Shown: positions 24,007 through 55,959 of the stretch, piece after piece
Numbering within the stretch: the first letter of the stretch is position 1
Layout: the number at the start of each line of letters is the position of its first letter
NCBI GenBank assembly: GCA_046563655.1
Contig: CM102287.1
Span: 6,882,001 to 6,946,000, forward strand
Source: Yuukianura sp. NJ FZ-2021
Taxonomy: Eukaryota
DNA: 64,000 nucleotides
Direction: 5' to 3'
Notes under the pieces: generated by a model
Database searches by the model: none
What the model was told of the DNA's origin: nothing
The model's input: only the letters and a program-made list of their open reading frames with translations
Translations under genes and position numbers: made by a program

Positions 24007-26196
24007 TCAGTTTTTCTTATACTTTATAGAAACTTTTTGATAGACGTCTGGAAAAGCATCTCGGCAGTTGAGTTGTGTTCGGAGCTTTTCGTAAAGGCTC
24101 CTATCAAACATTTTGTCAAAATCTTCCGGAGTCAGGAAACAATCCGTGTACATTCCCTGAAATCTGTGAAATCAAAAAGAGATTTTCAGCATTTTTACTT
24201 GTCAAAATTTTGAATTTTGTTCTAACCCGACACATTTGATCGTAAATTGCTCAAATTGTTTAACTGCCTCCTTTGCATTTCCACCGAGTCGTTGTCGCTT
24301 GTCGCTGTTAACTGAGCCGTAGATTCCAACGTCAATGTAGGCGACGTCTCCTTCATCACGACATCGAATGAGTCCTGGGCACTTTGAAATTTTACACGGA
24401 CAGAACCAAAGCGGGTATATCTAAAGTTAAACATCAAAAATGGTCAATGACGAACTACATGCTCGAGTGAAAACGTTCGGTCATCTAAGAGCATTTTAAA
24501 TTACGCCGGTAAGCCGATCGCCGATTTCAACTGACTCGCGGAGTTTATCAAGTGGAACAATAAAGTCCTGAACAATGTTACGCTTTGTAACCCAGTCGAT
24601 CGCAAACTTGGGCATAGGAATGAGCGATTTTATGAAGGCAAAATTCGGCGGAAAGCTCCATCCGACGAGGAAAATGTATAGTCGGGAGTGTGTGATGGCT
24701 GCTGTTGTGGTTATCCAAAAGTAGGATCGAGTGTGTCGGTGGTAGTAGTCGCGAGTTGGAATGTACTCTACTACAACCTCGGGGTTATGAAGAAAAGACT
24801 CCACGTACTTGTAGAACCAGTTTTTGTACCACCGATTGATATAGTTAATCTGAAAATCATACAAATTCAAAATATCCGAGAAATTTAAAACTTTGGAAAC
24901 ACTTTTGTTGTACCTTTTGTTCCTCGGCAGTGTCCGAAAAATTTCCAAGCATAATAACGGATTCGTCTTTGGAAAAGGCAATGCCCTCGATGAACTCATT
25001 TTCAGTTCGACTCATCAGCGCCTGCGCTTGACTGATGCATTTGGCTGCATGGTATTCCAACTTAACATACCTGTAGCCATACAAAATAAAATGGCACTTT
25101 TGTCCTGTTCTAAATTGTTGTTTAATTTTTTAGTGTTTGTTTCGAACTAACTTTCCTGCTTTTATCAATGGAAATTTGACGCAGGTCATGAATCCTAGCG
25201 TTCCGTAGGCCATGGGCATTGCGTAGAACAAGTCCGAGTTCTCTTCCTGGACCAAGAACATTATAATGTTCCGTTTTTAATTTGTTACAAGTATTTGTAT
25301 TCATACTTCCACTTTTTTTTCTACCTTTGAGCATGTGACGACAGAACCATCAGCAAGCACAACTTCGTATTCGAGACAAGTAGCAGCGAAGAGTCCGTAC
25401 TTGTGAGAAGACGTCTCCAGTCCAGCCCCATTGATAACCCCGCCTAATAAATTTCACAAGAAACAAAAAGATTTTGAAAACATAATTTCTAAAGTTATTT
25501 GCAAAGTTAGACCTTGAAAAAAGATTCTGGGTAATGCAAATACCGACTGTGAGTGTGTCAAATTCTGGAATGACGGGTAGAATGACGCCGAGTGGGAGGA
25601 GCTTGTGCGTCAGCGTCCCCATTTGAATGCTGGGTTCCACTCGAATTGTCTACAATTTTATTTCCGCAAATTTAGTTTTTTTTTTGTTTTTTTTTTTCCA
25701 AAAAAATACTATAGTTTTTAAGTACCATGTTTTTGAGGTCAATGTCAACGATGTCGTCCATCTGGTCTAATTGAATCTGCGTGTACTTACTCTTGTCAAT
25801 GTTCCGAATGGACAGGCTTTTTCCGGCGCTTCTCGCCGAACACATTCGTTTTTTCCTTCCTTCGCTGTTCCATTTTTGGATCTAAAACCCGAAAAGTTTG
25901 TCCTTACACTCTTAGAATTCTCAAAGTGTTGCTATAAATTTTGATAATTTTTAAACTTATGTTTCGATCTGGATGCAAAACACTTTTGACTTTACCTGTT
26001 CCTGGATCCGTTGCACTTTTTGGCTGTGAACTTTGGGCGAATTTTCTCCTCTGCAGAAACCGGGATTGTAGATTGTGAAGTATTCGTATATGTAGTTAAA
26101 GGGGAATAGGAACGGAACGTATACGAATAGATACAATGCATAAAATAGGTTGTTTAAAATTGTAGCGAAGAGGTCACTGCAGCTACCACAGGCCAT
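24007..26196 (-). CDS. DHCR24: Delta(24)-sterol reductase (FAD-linked), multi-exon
   Basis: [93 protein letters not shown]. Confidence 0.93.
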
Positions 26197-26389
26197 TTCA
26201 AGGTCGTTCCCGGGACTTCAGGTTAAGTTAGGAACACTCTGATGTTGTGAAACTACGTTCACTTTAATTGCAACTTCTAGTCACACGCACCGCTGGAGCT
26301 ATAGACCTCTATGGCAACCCTAATCGTCCGTCCAGGTCAATTCAGGTCACGGCAACGCTACCGGGTCAACAAAACTTTACGTCACGCTA

Positions 26390-26405
26390 CAGTTGACGTC
26401 AACTG
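26390..26405. promoter_or_regulatory. 16-bp perfect palindrome containing a full CRE (TGACGTCA)
   Basis: CAGTTGACGTCAACTG in the divergent interval between DHCR24 and the mGluR-like gene; half-site TACGTCA just upstream. Confidence 0.5.
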
Positions 26406-27422
26406 CAACTCGTCGACTGATCCAAAATTTGGTAGGTAATGATGCAGAGACTGCTAACTGTAAGTTGAAGTTTCTTTGCTATATATGTCCATTTTATATT
26501 TCCAAATCTTTTCTGTCAATCTCACTGAGAAGGTAAAACAACATTAAATTTTGGTAGGCCTTAAGGCTCATCTTGGGGAATGATTTTTAGTGAGGTGGAA
26601 ATCACTTGGTGAGGCTTCAGTTAATTGGATGTTGTGCAATATGAAACACGTTAAAGGCTGTTTATTGTTACTTCTCTTCATGCCTGACACCAATGCATTT
26701 GGTGACTGTTTGGAAGAATAAAGACGTTTCTGCTATTGTGCAATTTGGATCTTGACGGGTGAGTTTTTCATTGCGCCAGTTAAACCCCCAGTATGAGACG
26801 ACTTTCGAAATTTCGCAACGATGAGCTCGTGGACACAATCACGTTTTGCTTTGTGTCACGTTGATGGTCTCGACCGATATTGACACTTTCTCAATGTAAG
26901 GATTTCGAACAGGAAATGATATCAAAGCATCAGTTTGAAAAAGTTGCAAAATTTGAATTTGAATTTTAACTCACACTTTTAAAAAACAGCGTTTGAGGAA
27001 GTTCCGGAGTAGAAAAGTAATTGGAAAGATTGGTGAATAATTTGTTGGATTTTTGGTGAAACCTGAGTCCATTTGTAAGTAACTTTGCCCAGAGAAATTT
27101 GAACGCTGTTGCGAACTTTCTCCGAAGCAGAAACTCGGATTACAAAAGATGTGCAAAAAGTGTGGCTCCAGATGTGAACGAAGTCAGTCTTGTCCAGGAC
27201 GACGTTGGAGCCACAGCTCCTCTTTCCATAGAATTCTGAATCTAAAAAAAGCTAAACTTGCGTCTCAAGCTTCGAAGTTTTTTGCAAAGTTGTGCCAATT
27301 TGGTAATACAAACAATGGAGTCGGAGTGTGTGACCTCCTGAGTTTGACCGTGTCACACTTCAAGTTGTTTAGACGGAAAACTGGTTCAACGAGTCACATT
27401 TTCGCTAAACTAAAGTGAAGTC

Positions 27423-45660
<18,238 letters not shown>

Positions 45661-46018
45661 TCACATATGTCAAACACTACTTACTCGAATTATACGTTAG
45701 ATTAGAACTGACTGGACACAGGCATTTCGTATTAAATTCTCGTACCTAAACTGAAATACTTTTCCAAGAGTCCAGCCGACCTAAGCCAAATGTAAAATTG
45801 TTCTACTTTATCATTCCAGAGATTTTAATAAAACTGATCTAATTTGTTTCCAAAAAAAAACTAAGAAAAGCGATAAAACTGAAATAAAACTCGGGCTAAA
45901 TGTGAACTAGGATTGTATTACGTTTTTACGTTTTTCACCGGCAATAAAAACTATGAAGATGAAGAAGGAAATCCAGTATGACGGGAAACGGACACTAACG
46001 GACTGTTTTCCATACCTT

Positions 46019-46812
46019 TTAAAAGAAAGGTTCCGTATCTTCAACAATAGTAGTTTCGTTTGTGAAGGAAATCGGAAACGTGTCGGAGGAAACATTGAGC
46101 CGCGGGGCATATGGAGGAGCGGTAGCTTCGTCTTTAGCTTTTTCAACGGCTGCGAATTGTCTGAACATATCTCGAACGGTGAGATTCTTCGTATCGAATC
46201 CTGCCGTTGGTAAATTTTGTTCCACGTTGACAGTGTTTCCTGTTCGGCAGATCAGCGGTCCTCGGAAAGCTCGACATTCCGGTGTAATTCGTCGCATTGG
46301 AGAAAATAAAGGGACGTCCGCGATTGTCATAACGTCTCTCCTGAATTAAATAGATCTCAGAATTAACGTCCTTTCTATCATTCCGCACTGTTATTATTGT
46401 TTTAACCCTACTTTACTTTGACACTATAAGGTAGAGCGCTGAATTGCCATGCGTAAAAAGATAGTACTTACTGACTAGACAGAAAATTTCTGCTGTGCGA
46501 TTGGGATGTGGATGGTGTTTGCGGAGGCGGTGGACCGAACTGATAAAATCCCGCGGAAGTAACAGCGGTACGAGATGGTAGTTGTCTACTTAAAGTTGTC
46601 ATCGGCTGCTGTTCACTTGCGATAGTCCCAGGTCCAGCTGACTCGTCACGAACTCGAACGATTGTGTCTGAAGAAACCATACCCCAAGCATTGACGTATC
46701 GACGGGTAGGGGTCGTGGGGCGGTAGTAGTTCCAGTTAAGCCATCTACGACGACGTCCGAGAATACTGGCCACCCTTGAGCTTGGAGTCGCCGGTGGGCG
46801 TGGCCGATCCAT
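46019..46812 (-). CDS. Hypothetical two-exon protein of about 220 aa, no recognised domain
   Basis: ORF MDRPRPPATP.. ends CA|gtaagt and joins in frame at ttcag|G to RDVMTIADVPLFSP..EPFF*. Confidence 0.5.
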
Positions 46813-47625
46813 GATGAACTTTTAAAATCCGTCGTCACGGGCAAAGGATTAATCCAGAACCGTAGCTCGGCACTTCTACTCCGCTCCCGTTCCTCCGATC
46901 TCAAAAACCCCCGGGATTGCACTCCCGCTCCCCGTGCTTCGTGGAAGGTTGAAGTAGACCAAGCCTACAACAGCTGTAACCATCCGCCCTATAACTAACT
47001 ATTACTTAATATATTATAGTTAAGAGTAATAAATTAATTCCCTTTAGGATGGCGGCTTATCTGGACGGCAACAATTATAATTAGGTAATTGTTTTACCCA
47101 ACACAATCTAACAAATCCACACCGGTTTGCTAAATTATGTATAATTTGTTAAAGTTGCACTCATTTAGTAATATAGGTTAAGGGAATGCGAGCCGGCATT
47201 CAAATTGAAGCACGATTTCCGTTAAAACGAGAAACCAAAAACGGCCAAAAAAAGAGCTATTTACAGCACAAAGCGAAGCTTTAAAAAAATAAAAACGCTT
47301 TTTTCTTTGTGGAACACTGGGTTTGATTTACCTCCCAATCATTCAAAAGTGGTATTTTAAATTTTAACAACATCCTGTACAATACATGGAAAACCTTTTG
47401 GCAGTTTTGTTTTGGATAGCCTGACGTATCGTAATCGTGCCGCCCAGGCCCAAGCCTGGTTCTGCAGAAAATGACGTTGTAAGGATTACGCTCATGGCCA
47501 TTACTCAATGGCTCATCGCCTGTAAACCTTCGATCTAGTAAATTATTCTTGAATCCTAAATTTTCCTAGAGGTCAGCCAGAAGACGGATTGCCAGAAGTC
47601 GAACGGTGGGCGACAGAGACGAAAC

Positions 47626-48830
47626 ATGTTGTCCAAAATTTCAAGTCAATACTTTTTTCTAGTCTTAAAGAGAGCAAGTCAAACGTACCAATCGCCGTTG
47701 GTGTGGGACTCAACGCAGCACAAATTCCGCTTGAACGAATCCACTACCTACGTAGTACTCTCCTCGCTGGTACTTGCGCTCGATGCATTAGGTGCCACCA
47801 CCGTTCTGCCGCTGGCGATCGTCAATCATAGATTTGGGTTCTCACCTGTCTTCACTTGTGTCCTGATTACCGTGTTTCCAATGTCAACATTCAACGTCTT
47901 TTTGGACTTGTTTACCAGTCACTCTGCGTTGGAGATATTATGCCTTTTAAACAACTTTCTCGTCATCTTTCAGCCGTCTACTGGTAAAATATTGCTAATA
48001 TTTCAATAAATTGTTTCTTTAAGTTTAATGCCTAAAGAATAATAACAGGCCTATACTCAATACCTGAAGATGTTGCAAAAGAAGTCGACTGGTTGGTGAA
48101 AACCATTTGTCAATTTGGCGTAATGTTGGCAATATCAGTAGTTCTCAATTTATGCTGGTTCATCTCCGACTTTTATAACCTGAGTGACGCCATCTTGACC
48201 TACTTGTGGGGAACGCCAACGCCAACGGTGTTGCCGGTACTGCTCACCACTCAAGCCCTATTGTACTGCTGTATATTGGTATATTTGTCGACACACAAGT
48301 GGAACGTGTATTCCACCCTCGCTGTTGTGTTATTGCATCAGGCAAGGTCCAACATTACTTGGATGTCACACCGACAGTTGGACGTGAGAAAGCGCATACA
48401 AGGGTACAAGTCAATCTACCTCTTCACAAACTTGGCCAACGAAGTTTGGGCCGCGGTAATCCTTGCTACAAAGATTGGCCTGGTTTGTTTTAGTTCATGT
48501 GGTTTTACCCTGTTCATCATCAAGAAAATGTCCTTGTTCGGATGGGCCATGCTTGTGGTATCCATCTTGCTGTTGATAATAGTAAATTTCATTCTTGTGT
48601 TTTCGGCAGAGGTGTACGAACGGTCCGTAAACTTCATTGGGTTGTTACGACAAGACAGGGTATGTCGACCAGAAAAATTTTTTCAGACAATGATTGAATC
48701 GATAAGACCATGTCGAGTTAACTGTGGCTCGCAATATTTCATGGACAGAGGAGTTCTAGCGAACACCAACCATGCTATTCTAGTATACACTATCAATAAT
48801 GTCTTAACGTTTAAGACATTGAAACTTTAA
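47626..48830 (+). CDS. Divergent 7TM chemoreceptor (gustatory-receptor-like), two exons
   Basis: About 380 aa with multiple hydrophobic helices and one short intron near 47984-48048; C-terminal IRPCRVNCGSQYFMDRGVL..ILVYTINNVL. Confidence 0.65.
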
Positions 48831-49612
48831 CAACTTTATGCCTTAACGAGCAACCTAATAATGTAACTAATGTACTTAATAATAAGTCCAATCTCAGAAT
48901 ATTTCTACTTGTAATGCTATCAATTGTACCGACAAAAAGCAAAAAGTGTAGTTCGCTATGTTGCGTTTAAGCTGTAGCATGAGGATGGCATCTTGGCATC
49001 ATCATTTTTGCAGCCACCTACTATTTAGAAATTAGGCGAGTTGCTTTTAGTTATATTACGATATTCTGAAAAATATATAATTTTGCAATAGTAATCCCAA
49101 TAAAATAAATGTAATTGATTGGAAAACGTTACCACTGTTAAGTACAAATAGTTTACAAATGGATCATGCGTAGTATAACTTTATTAGAAAGAAGGAAGGG
49201 GATAGAAATTTATTTTAGCTTGATCTTGAAACCGTTACTACGTGAAGACGGGTTTTCAGGAATGAAAACATAGAGAGAGCGAAACTTTTGCACTGCACTG
49301 CTATTCTGAATGAGAAGTTTACTCTAAAAATTCTAAGGTATGATATTGATTAAATTAATAAATGAATTCGGTTGACTTTGGGTTTTTTTTGTTTTGTTTT
49401 TTGACATTTTGCCTTGAACAAATATAAAAAAAACTACTTTTGCTTTGTTGAATGACGACTTGAAGAAACCCACTTCAATTAAGGAATTGCTGCTTAGAAC
49501 TCCCGAAAGTGTAGAATTCATATTCCACATTTCCTGTACTAATTCCAATTTATAATTCTTTGGATACTTCATATTCAACTTCATCAGTGGTTCCGTAAAT
49601 AAACTGCATGTG

Positions 49613-51140
49613 TTAATTGTTTGTTGCCTTGAGTTGTAAAATAATTATGATGTAGGACAGCATAGTGCTCATAACCTATTTAATACCACGAGTTAATTTC
49701 AATAATCAATAAAAGTTTGAAGCAATTTGCCAAAGTAGTTTGAGTTTCTGTATTCACCAAATTCAAAATTCTGTTTACCGAGGGTAGGAGTCCAAGATCC
49801 ATCCGAAATATCCCGTTGGCTGTGAACTTCCATTTCCAACTGCGGAATAATTTAAGAATCACGTAAGCCTAGCAAAAATGCCAAGAAAAAAGTTATAGAC
49901 ACATTTTTTTTTTCGAAATCGACCACCTCATGGAAATAAACTTGACTGTTGACATGAGAGTAGAGTTTCATATCTTACCTCATTCGGGCGTGCATTGCCG
50001 ATGTCATGTTGTAGTTTGAAATTTATAAGATGAATGTGGGCTCTCTCTTGGGCATTCCGAACCTAAGAATAAAAATATTTCACAAGTTTTAGTTTTTGTG
50101 CGGCAACATTTAAAGTATTGTTGCCTTACCGCTCCTTGCATTAAACTTCCCAATGTAGTCAACGCTACTATCTGAACTGCATAATCCACAATGTAGCAAA
50201 TGTCATATACTAATCTAAACAAGTCATCCGAACTTAAGCTGGATAACGCCGTGACGGTATACAGAGCTCCGCTAACCAGAAGTGCTCCAGCGTATAGCCC
50301 ACCAACTCTTTCAAATTTCTTGAAAATCGTTTGTAACTTTTGAACTCCTTGGAAATTTTTGTCCACAACAGCCCTCAGTTGGGCCAAGGTTTTGCGACTA
50401 CTCGGTTGCTCCTCGTCATTGGTTGGCGTCATTAGTTTGTCGTACCTGGCGACTGTCATCAACGACTTGTCAACTAAATTTTCCAGAATGGCAACCAACT
50501 CTCTTCCGCAAAACGTAACGAAAGAGAAGGTGAAGAACGAAGAAAATAAGCCAAAGACGTCTGTAACGACAGCCAGGAGAAAAACGAAGGCATTCATCCA
50601 TGGATTCGCAAGCGGTTCAATGTCGTACCTGAACAAATAGAAGTCGACAAGTTGAAGGACGTAAAATGCCGCTGTGCCGAAGGAAATGACACATCCGACC
50701 CAATAGGACTTGCCCTTTGATCTACCCGCAGGATGCTGATTGATAAAGTTCAAGATTTCCACTGCATCTGCGCAGTACATAGGGGAAAGAATGCGCAGAC
50801 TGACATCTGTAGTGTAGTAAAAGATTCCTCCATTGAGAGCATTTGTCAAAAATGAAGACAAAGGACTCGTGATACGCATTCTAGGAGTGTAGATTATGAA
50901 TACGATCCCCGCGACTATGGTATTGATACCTAGCAGAAGAGACCGAAATGATGCCGTTTTGGATTTGCAAAGTTCACTTCTGAATGGATTTTCAACTGGA
51001 AATACGCCACTTATCCAGCCACTTAGGAGGAAGCAGTGGCGCCAAATATTGGACAATGCAACTTCCACTCCCATTTTCGGATATAACACTACTCTATAAC
51101 TGAATATTTTCAACCTCCATCCTGGACTACTCATCGACAT
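49613..51140 (-). CDS. Gustatory receptor
   Basis: Long first exon plus short 3' exons; WKFTANGIFRMDLGLLPS/VMSTMLSYIIIILQL matches the GR TM7 TYhhhhhQF motif. Start may be the internal Met (MGVEVAL). Confidence 0.85.
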
Positions 51141-51981
51141 GTAAAAGTATTTTTCAAAAATCTACTTTTCGAAAACAAAAACATATTTCGAAAAATTGGA
51201 CTCTTTGGTGAAAGTAACTCCTGCCACTCCCTTCAACTATACGCTTTAATGAGATTCAAAATTTGCCGCTTTTGTGTTTTAAGTTTTAACATAATTAAAA
51301 AAAAACAATAGAATTTGTCAAAATGAAATTAATTTCGTAATGCTTTCTTTTAGTTACTTTCTTTACAGAAGGTGGAGCAGGTTTATTTGAAATTTCGGTT
51401 TTGCTAGAAAACGATGTATTTCACGTTAATGCAACACCGGGACTGTAACTAATCGACTTTCGTTGATGTCCTTTTTTCAATTTTTTAAACAAACATTGAA
51501 TGGGAATAGTTTGGGGTCAGAGGTCACTCTACTAGGGCGAAAGCTTCTCCTTAACATGTTGTTCTCAATTAACTTTTCCCATTAATCCTCAACGAATTCA
51601 GCCCATTTCAACGCTCTTTCACTATTCAGGGTTACATTTGACACTTTGACCATTGAGACACTTAGTAAACGCCTCAGGGGAAGGTAACCACAATTTGCTT
51701 TGAAAACTATTTTTACAATGAAAAATGTTCAAACCGCAATAACTTCCACAAATCTTGTCTGCTTGTCCAAAATTAATAAGACACAAATTCTTATTCATTT
51801 AACATTACATAGTACATTACAAATTCCTAAACCTATCGCCTTCTCAAAAAAAAAGTTATCAAACGAAAACTTTTTTTAAACAAACCTGCTCTACCCTCTG
51901 TGCAAGTAGTGTTTACTGTGTAGCATCTCAAGCACATGTATTCGCCGTTTATTCAGCACTTTCCATGATTTACATCAGTTT

Positions 51982-54900
51982 TTAGAAAACCACGGTCATT
52001 TCCGTTCTGTTTCTGCTCAGTTGATCATCAGCGGTAAGCATCACCTTTTTTTTTTAGAAAAAAATTAAACAAATATTAACAACTTTTTAATTCACTGGAG
52101 AGTTTTTGTAATGAAAAGTGCGCTTACCATGAAAGTAAAGAACCAGGCGGGTGCAGCCAGCCAATGGTACATATCAAGTGCATCGTAAATCCCGACGATA
52201 CAAGGTGTGAACTTTTCCTGCAAAAATATTGCAGGCAACTCCCACGCATCCAACGATGTTACTAAAGCAGTCAGCGACAAAACCCAGAAAAGCACAGCAA
52301 GAACCAAGTAGATCAGTGGCTGCCACGAAGTGAACTTTGAAAACTCGTGGTGACAACCCTGGACAATCATGCACAACATTCTTAGCTTTTGTTCTGCCAT
52401 AAACATTACTGTGTGATTCCTAAAAAGTATATTTACCTTATGAATTATAAAGTATGAGATGAAGTCGAGATGAAAGTTGGCTAGTACAAGGATGTACATG
52501 CGCGTAGTGAAATGATTCTCCGTCATGCCCAGCCAAATGAACGTGAGGATTCCGACGTTGAGCAAAAAACGTAACACTGTCCAGAATGTCCTTCGTTTCC
52601 ATTCAGGGTAAAACAGTGGTAGGATATTCCAAGAACAAAAGACGCTTCTGAAGAGCGCTGTTGGTGCGTTGACTAACTTTGTATTGTTTGCAGTTGGTTG
52701 ACACGCTGAAACGCTTCTCGCTCTGCGTTTAGGCGTAGGATCTGCAACAAAGCAGGAAAGTATTTCTAACACTTTTGTTCACTTGAAAATATTCAACATT
52801 TTGTAACATTCTTACCTTCCATTTCAGTTTCTGCTGCAGTATTGGGCGTTGGGTGGACATCCTCCTCCAAGTACCCGGCGGAGTGGAGGATCAATACAGT
52901 AAGCTGAATCCAGAAGCTAAGGAAGACTGAAACGACAATTTGAAAAGTTCTGTCGGTGATCAAATACGCCGCTGTGATCACCCCAATCACCAATCCGGTT
53001 GACAGAAACGTAAAGTTGCTGTTGCATTAAAGAAATTTAAACGTAACTCAACAAATAACAAAAGGGAAAGTTTGTCCAGAGTATACTCACTCGGTGACCA
53101 TACAAGGATGTCTTAGGTTGTAAATCTTAATTTGGCACAGAACGACGATGATGAACATGAAAGTTAGTCCTGGAAAGCAAAAACAGATTTCATTGATTAC
53201 ATGTTGTTTTAAAAAGGAAAAGTTACACCTTCTTCCACTGTTTTTTACCAAAGAAAGTCGTGTCCTTGCTGGGACAAGTGTTGTAAGCCATTTTCATTAT
53301 TCCAACAAACATTAGCGCGAATCCCAGCGTATAGAACGTTCCGAAGTTCTGATACGCTCCGTAGACCGTTCCTGTTAGGTTGACCCGACGGAAGCGACAC
53401 CAACGCCACGGGTTAGCGTCCAAATTTTCTCCGAACATTGCTCCGCCATGAACCTCGCTGACGACCAGTTTCGTGGCACGGACATGAACCAAAACCATGA
53501 AAGTGATTCCGGCTATGACAAACCCAATGCAAGAGTAGACATGGTTGAAGCTCACGAAAATCCATACAGGATAGGAACAAAAGTAGTTAAAGTGGCAAAT
53601 ATCCAGGTCACCAGTCTTGGCAAACTAAAAACAAACAAACTTAAAATTGATTAGTTAGTAAGGGGGTTCGTAAAATGAGTTAAAAATTTGTATTGTCCAT
53701 AAAATAAAAGAAAAAATTACGCCCTGGTGGGGAATCTAATAAAATTAAACAAAATTTTGTATTTTCATAAAATGTAGAAAAAAATTACTCCCCGGCGGGG
53801 AATCGAACCCCGATTTCCCACGTGACAGGCGGAGATACTGACCATTATACTACCGAGGACCCGGTTGGAAGCTCGAGCTCAAATTCTTATACATGACTTA
53901 CACACTTCACAAAATGCGGAAAGAGGAGAGATGAGATAACACAGTGCGTTTAAAAAGCATGTACAAACTCCTCACTTATCTGTTAAACCAAACGTTTTTG
54001 AAATCACAACTTCCTCAAGCACTTAATATATTCAAACTATTTAAATTGATTTCCGCATTTAGTTTACTCGCTAACCTTTTTTAGAACACACATTTTTCGG
54101 TTTCACTCAAGACTCAAGTTAAAATCGTTTCACGTTTGGGAGTGGGAAACGGGAAAGTAAGAAAAAGTTCAGATGTGGGACGTGGAAATTCGAACTTTCA
54201 CTCTGGAAAATCAATAGGCAATGCCAGCAATGAAAATTGAAGCTACATGACGTGACGCCTAGCGAATTCCAGGCTCTGCGATTGGAAGTGAAGCTAAAGA
54301 AATAAATTCAGTCTTACGTTAGTTAGAGTCAGTGAAAGCAGAATGACTGGAAGGCCATAGAAGAACACAATCGTAAGAATTGTCCAAATGTATCTGTACG
54401 AATTGGCTTTCAAGTACTTGTACAATTTCGTTTCAGCAGTGAAACTCTCAACGCGCAGACGCGTCTCACAGTAGTTCACAGGACAAAGTCGATTTATAAA
54501 TGCAGGGGTGAATTCTGGATTATGAGCACTAGGCAAAAATTATAAAGTTGAAAATTCAAAATTCTACTCTCAAATCTCTCAAATTAAAATAGGGTGGACT
54601 GTCATGCGCATTTGCCACATTTACCCGACATATTGATGGTGACAACATGAAAACATCAAGTGGACGAGGAGGATCACTAGAAAGTGGATGAGGATGGGAA
54701 TCCAGAAGGATGGTATAACCACTTGATCTTCGTCTGGTGGCCCCAGAATCTGAAACGAGATCGTTTCAGACTTCGAAGCAACGTTTCTACTAACGTGCGA
54801 ATTCAGGCGTGGATCAGGCAGGAACAAGAGGATGAAGCCTTCCGGATAAGTTTCTTTCTGAAGTTTCAAAATCAAAACACTATATTTGATTAAAACGCAA

Positions 54901-55959
54901 AAAAGAAAGTACTTTTTTGGTGAAAGTGAAACTAACGCGGACGATGAGCGCCGTCCTTTGTGACATTGTGTGCCAGTGTCCACTGTATTGAATATTTGAC
55001 AGTTCATCATTAACAGGGCACTGCAATGCAAAAAAAAATCATCATTTCGGAAAACATAACGGTGCTTTTTTTCTATTTACCCCTGGCTTCTGAATGGAAA
55101 TCACTGTTTTTGAAGCAGTAGTGGAATTTGCAATGATTTTCACAAACGAAACATTTTGAGGAAATCCAAACCGGTAAAATATTGGGGCTGTTGAGGAAAC
55201 ATTATGGGCCACTTTAGGTTCGTCATTCAATCTGCGCACAATTTGTTCAAAAATGTTTAATTTTTGTTTTCATGTCTCGTTTCTGATTGGTGTAAGAAGT
55301 GAATCTTAAATAGTACACAAATAATTATGTATACTTACTTTATGATGTATCCCTTCCTCATGGACAGATTGAAGGAGTAACGGACATCGTCCAGGTTGCA
55401 AGTGGAAACAGTTATGAAAACGGAGGAGGACCATTCTTCCGGTCCAAGGCACAGGTTCCGAGCGCCATTGTATATTGGTCTGAAAAATGGCGGGAAATTT
55501 GAACCGAAAAGTTTATTGTTATTCCGTTGTTTTCTAACTTACAGATTTGTCGCTTCATGACTTTGTGGAAGGGCGATCGTTTGCACTTCATTTCTTTGCC
55601 TGATGATAAAATATACGGGACACCTCTCGTTGGAATTCAGAGCCGCGTTGAATTCAACACGAATGTAGGAGTCCTGAAAACGTGTACAAAAATTAAATAT
55701 TAAGATATGTAACTATTATAGTTTTTTTGGTAACTGTACTAACGTTTGTGTGTAACTGAGGAATATTAAACCCGTAAACGTTTTGGAGGCTGATGTTAAC
55801 TTTGCCCTCAATCCAAGTATTTGTTTGGCTTTCTATAAATTCCAGTTCCAAGGTCACTCCATCTTGAACTTGAGTCAACACAATAAGGGAAACTAACGCA
55901 ACCACACCAATCCCCTGCGCCAAAAGTGGCGTTGACAATTTTGACACTGTGCGTAACAT
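51982..55959 (-). CDS. SID-1 transmembrane family protein (divergent)
   Basis: Signal peptide and N-glycosylation sequons in the ectodomain; YIWTILTIVFFYGLPVI; FNHVYSCIGFV; YGAYQNFGTFYTLGFALM; AYNTCP; IYNLRHP; YFIIHK; C-terminal MLTADDQL..VVF*. Confidence 0.85.
53788..53859 (-). tRNA. tRNA-Asp(GTC) in an intron of the SID-1-like gene
   Basis: TCCTCGGTAGTATAATGGTCAGTATCTCCGCCTGTCACGTGGGAAATCGGGGTTCGATTCCCCGCCGGGGAG, 72 nt, with A and B boxes and a downstream oligo-T terminator. Confidence 0.93.

Noticed and set aside
24222..24437. Listed 71-aa minus-strand ORF
   Set aside because: Wrong frame. The real DHCR24 exon (IYPLWFCP..) uses another frame.
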